A stretch of DNA of 63,139 nucleotides, counting the filler, from Chiloscyllium plagiosum (lineage: Eukaryota): NCBI RefSeq assembly GCF_004010195.1. It is 4 parts of one record of this genome, joined end to end, with 100 filler letters (N's around TTAATTAATTAA, not from the genome) between each part and the next. Parts side by side here need not be neighbours in the genome. Positions count along the whole stretch, not along the records: positions 26,228 to 42,291 come from NC_057717.1; 3 more parts are not named here. One strand, written 5' to 3'. Shown piece after piece: positions 26,128 to 39,189 of the stretch. The stretch's first letter is position 1; every line of letters starts with the position of its first letter. The notes beneath the pieces were generated by a model. It saw nothing but the letters and a program-made list of their open reading frames with translations. It had not been told where the DNA came from and ran no database searches. The translations under genes and the position numbers were made by a program.

Positions 26128-26227
26128 NNNNNNNNNNNNNNNNNNNNNNNNNNNNNNNNNNNNNNNNNNNNTTAATTAATTAANNNNNNNNNNNNNNNNN
26201 NNNNNNNNNNNNNNNNNNNNNNNNNNN
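26128..26227. other. Artificial assembly spacer (44 N + TTAATTAATTAA + 44 N)
   Basis: Exactly 100 bp. The 12-mer gives stop codons in all six frames. Identical to the spacers at 42292 and 59145. Confidence 0.95.
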
Positions 26228-27739
26228 GCAGTTCTCCAGTTCTCTGGCACCTCCCCTATCGTCAGATTCTAATTAAAATATTCAGTCAGGGTCTTTCCTC
26301 CCTTGCCCCAACAGCCGCCTGTGATACAACTCATTCAGACATGGAGATTGGTCGAAATTTATACAGAACAAAGCCTCAAATCCCTGCTCGTATTTTACAT
26401 CAATCTGTTCAAGAGTTTTCCAGTCCATCTTTTTGAATTCTGTACCTGCATCCTCCTTCTCCCAAGTAAAATAGACGTGAAGGTCTCACGTTACAATCCA
26501 TCAATGTTCTCCAGCTTGACACACAGATTGCCCCTTTGGTTTCTAATGGACACAAACTGTTTGCTGATTATTCTGTTCTACTTGTCCATGTCGAATACCG
26601 TGGGATTCTCCCAGATCTCGCCTACTTGTACTTCTTCATGTCCCCCTGTTATTCAGACCTTTCGATGTTTCTAAGATTCACTACAATCACCTCTCATGTT
26701 TTGAAACTCGAGATTACAGGCTAAGGTTCCCCGTCAGATAACCTTGCCAACTTCGGGATTCATTTGTAGAATACCTTTTGCAGTTCCTCTGTAGTCAGTA
26801 TATTCTTTCTTAGATTGAGATTCCTAACGATACACAATACTCTTAATTTCGTCTCACCAACACTCGATGCAACTGGTGCACGACATCCTCTATATTCCAA
26901 TTGAAAAAATAAGCTCATGAATATCCAACTATACGTTATACATTGTTTCTTCATTGCCTATTTTCACAAGAATCATCTTCAAACCATTCTAAAAAATGTT
27001 TGCCACTTCTTATTTTCCTTTTATCGGTACATTCTCACACTCCCCAGTTATGTTATTACCTTCTAAATATCGAGTAACATGTTCTTTGTAATCGAGTCCA
27101 ACCGATACCCGACTGCGGATGACAAGATAACTGGTCTGTAGTTCACAAATCTCTATCTTCATCCTTTCTTAAAGTGTTGGATAATATTTATTACCGTTGC
27201 CTTATCCAGATTGGCTAAATGCCTTTCGGGAATGTGTCGGAAAATAGGGTGAAAATCCGCGATGCACTCAACATGTCTATTACTGCTTCCTCTGACATTC
27301 TTATATGAGGTACATCTAGTCTGTCAGATTTATAAATACTCAATCAAGCTTTTTTTTTTCAAAGATGACCTCAACACTGATAAGAATGGTCTTAGACTTT
27401 ACTTACACAAGTCCCATGGTCACTTGGTATTTCTGGACATTCTCCCATGAAGATAGACACAAATAAACTGTTTCTTTTCCCTGCGATTTCTCTGTTCTCC
27501 ACAATAAATTATCCTGAACGCACAACAACTGTTCCACATTTGACCTTGTTTTTATTTTTTTCACACATTGATTAACGCTTTTTAGCAGTCTTTATGTTTT
27601 TCTTTTGTTTGCACACTTTTTCTCTTTATGAATTTCTTCTCAGTTTCTTGATCATCCTTTGCTGGGTCCTACATTTCTCTGAATCCACTGGCTTACTGCA
27701 ACACTTGGCATTTTTCTAAGCTGCCTCCTTTCATCTACT

Positions 27740-28420
27740 AGGTAGATGAAGGTGGGGTTGAAAGTGATAGTTGGAAAAGCGGATGGACAAGACTGATAGG
27801 ATGTAAGGTGGACACATTGGAGCATTCAAAAGGGCGGTGCTGACTTGGAAGGTTGGAGTGAGGTCAGGTGGGATTAGGTGAAATGGGGAAATCCATTATG
27901 ATCCCCTGTGGTTGGAGGGTCGAAGGCAGAAGAGGAGGCTTTCTTCCTCCAGGCTTCTGGTGGCTCCGGTTTGGCGATGGAGCAGGCGTAGGACCCTCTT
28001 GTCCTTGGCAGAGTGGGAAGGAGAGTCAAAGTGTTCAGCCTCAAGGCGATGGAGTTGTTAAATGTCCCAGAGATGTTCTCTGAAATGATCCACAAGTTGA
28101 CCTCCTGCCTCGCCAAGATAGAGAAGACCACATTGGGTTTAATGGATGCAGTTGATGAGGCGTTCTGTCTCCCTTCGCCACGTATTACTTTCAACCCCAC
28201 CTTCATCATCCTATCGCAATCCCAGCTACCTCCCCCCTGCCGCACCCCCTTCTCATTTATTTCTCAGCCCCCTTGGCCCATAAGCTTCATTCCTGATGAA
28301 GGGATTATACCCGAAACATAGATTTATCTGCTCTTAGAATGCTGCCTAGCTGTGCTTTTCCAGCACCACACTCTTCGTCCCTGATCTCAAGCATCTGTAG
28401 TCCCCACTTTTTCCTCACAC
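27740..28420. mobile_element. Degenerate Penelope-like element (GIY-YIG remnant on -, inverted pLTR with hammerhead core on +)
   Basis: 27860-28170 is homologous to the GIY-YIG region at 58780-59080. The core CTGATGA-agggattataccc-GAAA lies at 28293-28316 and is followed by gctgtgcttttccagcaccacactc...agcatctgtagtcc. Confidence 0.7.
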
Positions 28421-29269
28421 CTTCATGACTTGCATGACTCAGATTTATAACAGATACTTCAAATAAAACTGTCATGTTCTTAAACAGCTTAAAAGAAAAC
28501 CAATACATTGTGTTCCCAAAAGGTCCTTTTCAACAAAAGTTTCAATTAGCTCTTGTGATCACTCAACACCAATTCCTAAATAACCTGATCTCGAGCTCAG
28601 TGCTCAACATAATGTTCATGTAAACCATCGCACACATGGTCATTTTTCCCAGCAATGGCATTCAATAGGGTTAACACAGTTTCAATATAATGTAAACATA
28701 TATTATTACTGCAGTACTCACAAATGTGAATATCTCATTTCCTGTTTTCTAACATGTCCAGCATTTGTATTGCAGCTTTCACTTTGATATATAACTCCCA
28801 TCAATGTTTGCTCCTCCTTGCTGTTTTTGCTCCTCCTTGATGTTGTCAAACTTTAATTTCTCCAGATCTCCCGTTATGCTGATGGAGTAGAGAAGGACAA
28901 TGATCTTCCAACAATGCTCTAATTCCCCCAAAGAGCTGAGACAGCTCTAACCAGGGTGGGGACCTTAGGGCAGGCTGGTAAAGTGTTGCTGCTGCTGTAC
29001 AGGGTCTTAGTGAGATCACATCTGGAGTAGTGTGTACAGATATAATCTCTTCAATGAAGAAAGGAAGTTGTTATATTGGAAGCAACTCAGAGATGGTTCC
29101 CTCAACTGATTCCTGCAATTAAGGTGCTAGCTTATAATGAAAGGATGATCAGGTTGACCCAGTAGCCATTGGAGTTTACAAAAGTTCAGGCTGATCTTAT
29201 TTCAACATCGATGACAAAAGTAGTCAACAAGTGAAGCGAATTACACAGATAGTGGAGGAATCCATTCCG

Positions 29270-29960
29270 TTCTCCAGCCTGTTACACAGGAACAACAGGA
29301 GGATATTCAGGCCTTGAAGCCTGTTACACCAAAACAGGACGAGGCTATTCAGCCCCTGGAGCCTGATATACATTTACAGAAGGAGGACAATCAGCCACTC
29401 AAGCCTATAACAGTAGGCCATGCTGCACCAGTATCCTGCTAAACAGCAACAGGATCAGTCCATTCAGCCTCCTCAAGTCTGTAACATAGGAACTGGAAGA
29501 GGTCACACAGTGACTGGAGGTTGTTACATTGGAATAACAGGAGGCTATTCAGACCCACCGAGCCTATTGCAAGGGAATTAGATAAGGATAAAAACTATCT
29601 GAGACTTCTTTCATGAGAAAGGAAGAGGTAATTTAGACACGTGTCTGTTGTATGGGAACAAGAGAAGACCAATCAATCCCTCGGTCCCTTCTGCGGGATG
29701 CATGAGGAGACCGTTCAGTATATCCACCTGTTATGGAGAAGTATGAGAAGACCCATCAGCCCCTCAAAATGTTACCCAGCAACAGGAAGATTCCATAATC
29801 TCCCAATCCTCTAAAGCATCAACAGGAGGTGGTTATTCTGGCCTTGGAGATGGAAACATGGAAACACCAGAAAGACGTCAGCACATCGATATTGTACACC
29901 AGCTGGATGATGAGTCCATTCAGCCACACATACCCCTTACACAGCAATTGGAGCAGATCT
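29270..29960 (+). repeat. Degenerate ~42-bp tandem repeat (minisatellite)
   Basis: Unit approximately gttacacaggaacaggaggaggccattcagcccctcgagcct. The first units start at 29281, 29323 and 29365, and the array decays downstream. Confidence 0.75.
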
Positions 29961-30129
29961 CTTAAAAACGTATGCCCATTAAATAGGAATTCAAAGAAAA
30001 CGTAAAGGCTTTCGAAAGGATAGAACTTATAATAATGGTATACATTAGGGACTAAAGTGTAACAATAAACTATTGTAATTTAAGGCTAATTGTTAGAGTC
30101 CATTGTTCAGGACATTTGCAAAGTTAAAC

Positions 30130-31140
30130 CACAATCCGTCAGAGTCAACATGGTTTTACAAAGGACAAATCGTGTTTGAATTGTTTGCTTGAGTTATTTG
30201 AAGATGTCATAAACAAGGTGGAGCGTGGGAATCCTGGAGATGGAACATATCTGGTCTTCCTGAAGGCATCGGATATGTCGCTTCTCCAAAGAGTAAGTGG
30301 TAAGATCAGACAACATGGGTTTCGGTGTAATTTATTAGCTTGGATGGAGGATTGGTTAACCAACAAAATGGAGTCAGATGGGGAAAATGTGTCATTTTCT
30401 TTCGGCAAATGCAATTTGTGGGGTGCCATTGAATTCAGCACTCATGCCTCAACCATTTGCGATTAATGGTGTTACTGTACTCGGTTGATGGGATAGAAAA
30501 TACGATGCCACATTTTCAGATGACACTAGCATTGCTGGGAAATTACTTTGGAATGATGATGCAAGAGATTTTAAAACGAGATCGATAGGTTGGGTGAATG
30601 GGCCAACATTTGGCAAGGAAAATTAAAGTGAATAAATATGGGGCTATTCAAGTTGGCCAGTATAATAGAAAGACAAATTATTATCTAAATGGAGAGAAAG
30701 TTCAAAGTGCTTATGTGCAGAGGGATCTGGGTGTCTGCTTGTATATCACAGAAAACCTGCTTGCGGGTACTGCAAGTAATGAGAAATGAAAGCATAATTT
30801 CAGTGTTTATTTATAAAAGGATAGAGTAGAAAGGTACGGAGTGTTGGTGTAGCTATGCAAGGCATTAGTGAGGCTGCAACTGGAGTACAGTTTGGGTGTC
30901 CTGCAGAATGAGGTTTTCCATTGGAGGCAATTCAAAAGAGCTTCATCAGATTGATTCCATATTTGAAGTGTTTGTCTTATGAAGAGAAATTGAGCAGTTT
31001 AGGCCTATACTCTCGAGTTTATAAGAATGAAAGGAGATCTCATTGAGGTCTGTAAAATGCTAAAACTAATTGAATGTGTAGATATGGAGTGGATTTATTT
31101 TTCATGTGGCGCAATCTACAACAAGAGACGAGAGTTTTAG
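30130..31140 (+). mobile_element. Old CR1 RT fragment
   Basis: Peptides NCLLELFEDVINKVERGNPGDGTYLVFLKASD and NGEKVQSAYVQRDLGV. Confidence 0.75.
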
Positions 31141-32289
31141 GATGGAGACATGGCAGGAAAGTGGAACAGAGGCCGTGTTGACATCAGCCTCACCGAGGGG
31201 TTGGATTCCTCACAGATGCTCCTTGTTCTTTTTCAACCCTTCGACTGTGTTGCACAGGAATGGGGAAGGACTGGGTATCATACAGGAGCAGGCACTCAGG
31301 ATAAATCAGTCTCAATCAGTTAGACAGAACCTAACCAGTAGGGTCACAGAGTGACCAGTACTTGGTTCTCAACTATTTACAATCTATATTAATGATCAGG
31401 AGGATGGAACAGATATACAGATGCTGAGTTTGGTGATGTCGCTGTGGTAAGCAAGAGATTAAATTATCAAGAGAGGGTGGAGAGTCTGCAAATAGATTCA
31501 GAGAGGTAAAGGCAATAGATAATAGTTTGGCAGGTGGAATTTAAAATGATATAACCTGTCATTTCATTTACAGGAATAACGGAAAGCAATATGTTACTGA
31601 AATGGAGAGGGATTATAGGACTTATTGATACTGTGTACTAGGGGGTTTACTCAGATCCTTTCAGACATGGGAGGTTTTGCTCCATCCCTGATCGTCTGCT
31701 CCCAGACACTCCAAGTAAACCTATTGCTCTCCGTACACATGGAATACTTTAATGTGGTTGATTGGTGGTGGGGACGGTGTTTTGAAACGTGCAGCAAGGG
31801 GACGGCCTTTATCCAAGATATATTCATTCTTTCTACGTGGAGACCCGATGATGATGGGAATGGCTGACTGCTTCTGAATGAAGAGGCCAAGACTGCTGCC
31901 AGGACAGTGGGTATTCACCAACATGATGTACTGTGCATCGGCATACTGTAACATTAATAGAGAGATAGCTCCTTCAGTTCCGCTAATTCTCCCCATTGAC
32001 ATGGGGACTCTGCAGATGCCAGGCACACCATCGGGAATACCACTACACTGGATACACCCGGCAGCTCCCTGCTGTGGGAGAAACAATCTATTTACCTCAT
32101 CCACCATATATCCTCCATCACCGAATGGTGACATTGATGTTGAGATACTGGGAAATGATGGAATGGTGACATTGATGTTGAGATACTGGGAAATGATGGA
32201 TATGTCACCTAGTTCTGCCTTGAAAGTTTTGGATCATAGAAGCTGAATGAAACAGTGACCCTCACATCCACAAGCATTTGCATCACATC

Positions 32290-32690
32290 CACAAGCATTC
32301 ACTCCCTTCACCACTGTCGCTCAGTAGCAGAAGTGTATGCTGTCTACAAGACACAACGCAGAAATTCCCCAAAGATAGCATCTTCCGATTCCACGAACAC
32401 TTACATTGGAATGACAAGACCAGCATACTTATGGGAATGCCACCACCTATAAATTCCCTTCCAAACCAATCAGCACCCTGATGTGGAAATATATCGCCAT
32501 TCCTTCACTGTTATGGTAAAAACCCTGGAATTCCCTCCTTCGCAACATTGTGAGTCAACAAGACTGCAGGTGGACTGCAGCGGTTCAAGAAGGCAGCTCA
32601 GCACCACTTTCTCAAGGGGGAAATGAGGGGCGGACAAGAAATGGTGGGCCCATCCAGCGATGCCTGCATCGAAAAAAAGATTTTTAAAAA
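32290..32690 (+). mobile_element. 3' end of a CR1/L2-group LINE sharing its tail with the second SINE family
   Basis: IHSLHHCRSVAEVYAVYK-type C-terminus and a tail gcagcggttcaagaaggcagctc...ctcaaggg...cagcgatgcc followed by poly(A). Confidence 0.6.
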
Positions 32691-33329
32691 ATAGTTCCAA
32701 GTTGAGCTTCTCGATGGGACAGGTTATCTGATTTGAGCATGAACAGGAAAGCAGTGTTTCTAATAGAGAACATTATCAACGTTTCTGTTATTAGAAGGGT
32801 GTTCAGTGTTCGATGACTTATTGTTGCTGTGTGCTGTGAAAAATTGCATCTGTTTTGTTAAATTCAACAACACTGGCGTATCAGGATCGATTCTTCAAAA
32901 ATACCAGTCTTAAAATGGCAATCATTTGAGAGACAGTGTACTCCCGCCAGATGAGACTCACAGATAGCTGTTGATATTCAAAGTTTAATGGACTGCTGGC
33001 CGACACTGAATCCTCCCATCGTCCATATCACAGGGGTTACCATTGAACAGAACGTGAAGTCAAATTAACATACAAATACAAGTGTTACAAGAGCTGCTCA
33101 GAGACTTACAATTCTGCATTGAATAATAGACCACATGACCATAAGAGCATGAGATATTGCTATAGATTGAGGCCATTTAGCCCAGTCCTTCTCTGTGAAA
33201 CCGTGCCATTTTTTCATAGTCTCTATGACTAGTGGACATATTTTCTACACACTGACTGTCTCAATCTTTGCAGTAATCAATGAGTTTCTATCAGATGCCT
33301 CGCCTCCCATTCTTCTAAATTCCACCGAG

Positions 33330-33850
33330 AACACAAACTGCCGCTCATGACAAGCCATCATCCCCAGGATGGATCACCTCCAACACCAGCTGATCTTGCC
33401 CCAGGGATAGTGTCCAAAATAGCTCCCAATATTCCAAATGCTGTCTGACCATTGCCCATTGCATTCTCAGCGGCATGTCTCCTCTCTTGTATTCTAGGTC
33501 CCTTGAAATGAATGCTAAACATTGCATTTGCTTTCCTAACTGCCAATTGAATCTGTACAATAACCATAACAGAGGATGAGTTCTTCAAAATTCTTTTTGT
33601 GCTTCAGATTTAATGGATCCTATTAGAACACAGTGCCTGCCTCTCGTCCGCCTACCAAATTGCATAATCTCACACGATCCCATATTGTATTCCATCAACC
33701 ACGTGTTTGCCCACGGTCCTAAACTGGCCAAGCTTTTCTGCAGCCTCCTCACTTCATGAATATCGCCTGCCCATCCAACCATCACTGTATCATCTCCCAA
33801 CTTAGCAAAACTGCCCTCAGGTCCTTTGTTCAGGTGGTTCATGTAAATGG
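33330..33850 (-). mobile_element. Old CR1 RT fragment
   Basis: Peptide IYMNHLNKGPEGSFAKLGDDT...WANTWLMEYNMGSCEIMQFG. Confidence 0.75.
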
Positions 33851-34189
33851 CACTTCCTGACTCCCTAAGAACTGCCCACCATTGAAAAGGCACAGCACTC
33901 AACGTGGATGACTCCATTCAGGTTCAAGCAGTGAGTTGACTGGAATTATACCTGTAACATCTTCACTCCCTGCACCACTGACACCCAGTAGGAGCACACC
34001 CTGCCCCCGAATTGTTGTGAATTACCACGTTATGGTAACAAAGGACTTGATGGCGCACAATCCCAATCTAATGATGTCACTCTGTCTCAACATTAACTGT
34101 GTGCTGCTCACAACAACCAATGTCAATGTGTGTTGTTGATGACGGAGGGAGGTGGTGGAGGGAATGTCTATGATGAATGACTGTCAGCA

Positions 34190-35690
34190 TGAAAACTGCC
34201 CTGACAGCCTCGGATGTACCTGTGCCCGCTGTCACCACTGCAGACATGAACAGTCTTCCTGCAGGTCAAGTCAAGGAAAGCGACAGGCCTGGAGAGTGTT
34301 CCCGGCTGAGCACTCAGATCCTGTGAGGACCAACTGGCAGAGGTATTTACAAACATCTTCAACCTCTCCCTCCTGAATTCGAAATCCCAACCTGCTTCAA
34401 GAAGACCACCATCATCCTTGTAAGTGAGAAAGCACATTCAACGTTCCTTAATGACTCCCGCCCAGTGGCTCTGACCTCAATAAACATGAAGTGCTTTGAG
34501 ATGCTGGCTGTGGCCCACATCACCTCCAGTCTTCCAGCCTGACCTGCTGTCCTATAATGTGTAACGGGTCCACAACGGATGCTATATACCTGCTCTGCAC
34601 TCATCCCTGGGGCATCTGGACAACAAGGATGCCTACACCAGACTCCTGGTCATTGACTACAGCTCTACCTTCATTATCCCCTCCAGGCTGATCTCAATAC
34701 TCCGTGACCTTGATCACGTCTCCACCCTCTGCAACAGGATCCCCGGTTTCTGACACACAGGCGACAATCTGTGAAGATAGGTATCTGCACATTCTCCACA
34801 ATAAAACTCAACACTGGAACTCCTGGAGGATGTGTTCTCAGCCCCCTATTGTACTCTCCGTGCACCCACAGCAGTGTCCTCAGCCCCCTACTGTACTCCC
34901 TGTATATCCACGGCTCTGCCATCAGCCCCCTACTCTACTCCTTGTACACACATGGCTGTGCCCTCAGCCCCCTACTGTACTCCCTGTACACCCACGGCTC
35001 TGCCCTCAACTCCCTACTGTACTTCTTGCACACACATGGTTGTGCCCTCATTCCCCTACTGTATTCCTTTTACTCCCATGACTGTGCCCTCAGCCCCCTA
35101 CTGTACTCCCATGGCTGTGTCCTCAGCCCCCTACTGGACGCCCTGTACACACGCGGCTGTGTTGTCAAATTCCAAACAACGCCATCTACAAGTTCGCTGA
35201 TGACATCACCAAATCAGGAGGGATATCAAACAACGATGAATCAGAATACAGAAAGGAGATCGATGGCTTAGTGGCATGGTGTAATGATAATAACCTCTCT
35301 CTCAAATTCGGCAATAGTAAGGAACTGATCATTGATTTCAGAAAGAAAGGAGAGGAACACGCCGTCATCTACATCAATGGTTGAGGGAGTGCAGAGCATC
35401 AACTCCCTCAGAGTGACAATAACTGACAACATACCCTGGTTTTCTCGCATAAGTGTGACAGTCAAGAAAGTTGAACAACGCCTCTTCTTCCTCAGGAGGC
35501 TCAGGAATTTCAGCATGCACTACATCGACAGATTCACCATTGAGAGCATACTATCTGGGTGCGTCACGACTTCATACGGCAATGCTCTGCCCAGGACCAT
35601 AAGAAACTACAATAGGTTAGGTGCACAGACAATCTCCCAACCATTGACTCAATATACACGGCTCGTTGCCGCAGAAAGGCTGCCAACATC
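34190..35690 (+). mobile_element. Rex1/Babar-clade non-LTR retrotransposon RT fragment
   Basis: DNA encoding DQLAEVFTNIFNLS, LNTGTPGGCVLSPLLYS, KFADD-like (aagttcgctgatgac) and QRLFFLRRLRNF...TIESILSGCVT. Confidence 0.85.
34828..35154 (+). repeat. In-frame 42-bp tandem array (8 units, one of 33 bp) amplified from the RT motif GCVLSPLLYSLYTH
   Basis: Units of ggctgtgccctcagccccctactgtactccctgtacacccac type. Translation in ORF 34771..35271 shows (GCxLSPLLYSLYTH)n. Confidence 0.9.
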
Positions 35691-37650
35691 TAGAACATTG
35701 AACATAGAACATAGAACAGTACAGCACAGAACAGGCCCTTCCGCCCACGATATTGCGCCGACAATTGATCCTCATGTACGCACCCTCTAATATCTGTGAC
35801 CATATGCATGTCCAGCAGTCTCTTAAATGACCTTGCTTCTACAACTGCTGCTGGCAACGCGTTCCATGCTTTCACAACTCTCTGTGTAAAGAACCCGCCT
35901 CTGACATCCCCTCTATACTTTCCACCAACCAGCTTAAAACTATGACCCCTCGTGTTAGCCATTTCTGACCTGGGAAATAGTCTCTGGCTATCGACTCTAT
36001 CTATGCCTCTCACTATCTTGTATACCTCAATTAGGACCCCTCTCCTCCTCCTTTTCTCCAATGAAAAAAGTCCGAGCTCAGTCAACCTCTCTTCATAAGA
36101 TAAGCCCTCCAGTCCAGGCAGCATCCTGGTAAACCTCCTCTGAACCCTCTCCAAAGCATCCACATCTTTCCTATAATAGGGCGACCAGAACTGGACGCAG
36201 TATTCCAAGTGCGGTCAAGAGTGTTGTACAGAGCTGCAACAAGATCTCACGACTCTTAAACTCAATCCCCCTGTTAATGAAAGTCAAAACACCATATGCT
36301 TTCTGAACAATCCTGTCCACTTGGGTGGCCATTTTAAGGGATCTACGTACCTGCACATCGATATCCCTCTGTTCCTCCATACTGCCAAGAACCCTATCCT
36401 TAATCCTGTACTCAGTATTCAAATTCGACCTTCCAAAATTCATCACCTCGCATTTATCCAGGTTGAACTCCATCTGCCACTTCTCAGCCCATCTCTGCAT
36501 CCTGTCAATGTCCCGCTAGCCTACAACAGCCCTCTATACTGTCAATGACACCCCCAAACTTTGTGTCTTCTGCAAAATTGCTGACCCATCCTTCAATCCC
36601 TTCATCCAAGTCATTAATAAAAGTTACAAACAGTAGAGGCCCTAAGGACAGAGGGCACTCACCACTGACTTCCAGGCAGAACATTACCCTTCTACTACCA
36701 CTCGCTGTCTTCTATTGGCCAGCCAATTCTGTATCCAGACAGCCAAGTTCCCCTGTATCCCATTCCTCCTGACCTTCTGAATGAACCTACCAGGGGGAAC
36801 ATTATCAAATGCCTTGCTGAAGTCCATATACACACATCCACAGCTCGACTCTCATCAACGTTTCTCGTCACATCCTCAAAGAACTCGATAAGGTTTGTGA
36901 GGCATGACCTGCCCCTCACAAAGCCGTGTTGACTGCATTTAATCAAGCCATGGTCTTCCAGATGGTCATAAATCCTATCCCTCAGAATCCTTTCTAACAC
37001 CTTGAAAAGACAGATGTGAGACTTACTGGTATGTAATTGCCTGGGATTTCCCTATTTCCTTTCTTGAAGAGAGGAATTACATTTGCCTCTCTCCAGTCCT
37101 CAGGTACGACTCCAGTGGAGAGCAAGGATGCAAAGTTCTTTGCAAGTGGCAAAGTTATGGCATTTCTCGTTTCCCAAAGCAGCCGAGGACAAATCTGGTT
37201 CAGACCTGGCGACTTGTCAATCTTAATGTTTGACAAAATTTTCAGCACATCAGCTTCCTCTATCTCTATCCATTCCAGCATGCACACCTGCTCTTCAATG
37301 GTTTAATTCACTACAAAGTTCGTTTCCTTCGTAATGACAGAAGTAAAAAAACTCATTTAGAGCTTCTCCTACCTCCTCGGACTCCACACACAAGTTCCCT
37401 ATGCTATCCCTGATCGGCCCTACTCTTTCATTGACCATTTTTTTATTTCTCACATGAATATAAAATGCCTTTGTGTTCTCCTTATTCCGATCTGCCACGC
37501 CTTTCTCTTGCCCCCTCCTGGCTCTCCTAAGACCATTTTTGAGCTCCTTCCTCGCCTGCCTGTAATCCTCTAGAGCTAAGCTTGACCCTAGATTCCTCCA
37601 CCATATGTAAGCTACCTTCTTTCTTTTGACGAGAAGCTCCACCGCTCCAC
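35690..37650 (-). mobile_element. Relatively young 5'-truncated CR1 LINE inserted in Rex1
   Basis: Antisense tail agaacattgaacatagaacatagaacagtacagc. Peptides EYCVQFWSPYYRKDVDALERVQRRFTRMLPG, SQHGFVRGRSCLTNLIEFFE and VPEDWREANVIPLFKKG. Confidence 0.92.
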
Positions 37651-37654
37651 CAGA

Positions 37655-38180
37655 TTACTGAGTGAAGGGGGAGAGGAAATAGTTGGGACATTAACAGATA
37701 TCTTTGTAACATCCTTGAACACAACTGAGGTCCTGGAGGATGGAAAGTTGTTGTTTAAATAGGGTAGCATGAATAATCCAGTTAATTATAGACCAGTGAG
37801 CCTGTCATCAAGGGTTGGGAGCTGCTAGAGAAGATACTGTGGGATAGGGTCTATTCTCATTTGGATGAAAATGGCCGTATCAGTGATAGGCAAGATGGTT
37901 ATGTGCAGGGAAGATCATGTCTTACCAACTTAATGGAATTCTTTGAGGAAGTGACAAAGTTGATTGATGAGGGAGGGGCTGTAGATGTCATGCATATGGA
38001 TTTCAGGAAGGCGTTTAATATGTTTTCCCATGGTCGGCTTATGGAGAAAGTGAAGTCACATGGTGGCCAGGGTGTGATAGCTACATGGGTGTGATAGAAC
38101 TGGCTGGGCAACAAGGTACAGAGCGTGGTAGGGGAAGGCAGTTTCTCAAAATGGAGAACTGTGACCAGTGGTGCTCCATT
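37655..38180 (+). mobile_element. CR1 RT fragment
   Basis: Peptide GRSCLTNLMEFFEEVTKLIDEGGAVDVMHMDFRKAF. Confidence 0.85.
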
Positions 38181-38749
38181 TAAGATGTTTCCAGAACGAT
38201 ACATATTCAGGGAGGGAGCAAAGGGATAAAGACCCTGAGAAAATAGGCGACAGAATTAGACAGATCTGGATCAGCGCAGGCTTTGACTGCTGAATGGCCT
38301 GTTCCTGTACTCGAATGTCTTTTGTTCTAACATTACCAAAGACCCATCACATGCCTGTAAAGATCTCCCACAACCTCTTCAATCAGGCTGAAAGATACAG
38401 AAGCTTGAAAACACAGAGCAGCTGGTTCAGTAACAGCTTCTTCCCGACTGTTGTTTGACTGATGAATGGGCTCTCTAATCTTAGATAATGTTGATCTTGT
38501 TCATGTTAATCTCGCCTAGTGCATGCGCTGTACAGCGTAACCTATATGCCTCTCAGACATGTTTTACACCATCGTTCTGTACGTCCTTGCTTACTATTAT
38601 CTGCCTGGACATCTTGTTACAGGTCAAAATAAATCCTCACCTCCCTCCTCCCAGCTCCCTCCAGTGCTCACTCCCCGGTCTCTCCGGTCCTCACCCCCAG
38701 CTTGACCCATCCCCCCCCAGTTCCCTGTGACCACATCCCCAGCTGCCCG

Positions 38750-38975
38750 TGTCCTTTGTCTCTCACTGTGTCTCTCACACTGTCTGTTTCCCTCTGTTTT
38801 CTTTTTCCCTGTCTTCTGTTTCTTTCCCTGAACCTACTATCTTCCCTGCTCCCTCTCCATGTGATGGTTTGTTTCATTGTTTTGTTTCCTTTCTCTCTTC
38901 GATTGACTGTCCATCTGTTTCCCTCACTGTGTTCTCTCTTTCCTTCCCTTCGTGTCTGTCTCTTTCTCCCTTGTT
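38750..38975. repeat. CT-rich low-complexity tract
   Basis: Polypyrimidine, (TC)n/(TG)n-like sequence that explains the spurious ORFs 38702..39235 and 38668..39039. Confidence 0.7.
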
Positions 38976-39189
38976 GTGATGGTGATTGCATCTCTATTCG
39001 TTTGAAGCAGGTGATGGCTCTTTGGTTTGATGTTGGCAATACAATTAACTCAACTGGGTTTTGGTATCGAAGACATCATTTAAAATTATTGGTTAAATTT
39101 CAATTGTTGTCAAAACAGCAACCAAAACATGGGTATCCATTTAACAGCCAATTGTTACATCTAACTATTTTGGAACAAACCAACTCCCA

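Noticed and set aside
31625..32246. Overlapping 80-137 aa ORFs as host genes
   Set aside because: No recognisable motifs or splice structure; they sit between decayed LINE fragments.
34828..35154. CRISPR-like array
   Set aside because: Head-to-tail units with no unique spacers, derived from RT coding sequence; no cas genes; vertebrate context. The same applies to 29270-29960.
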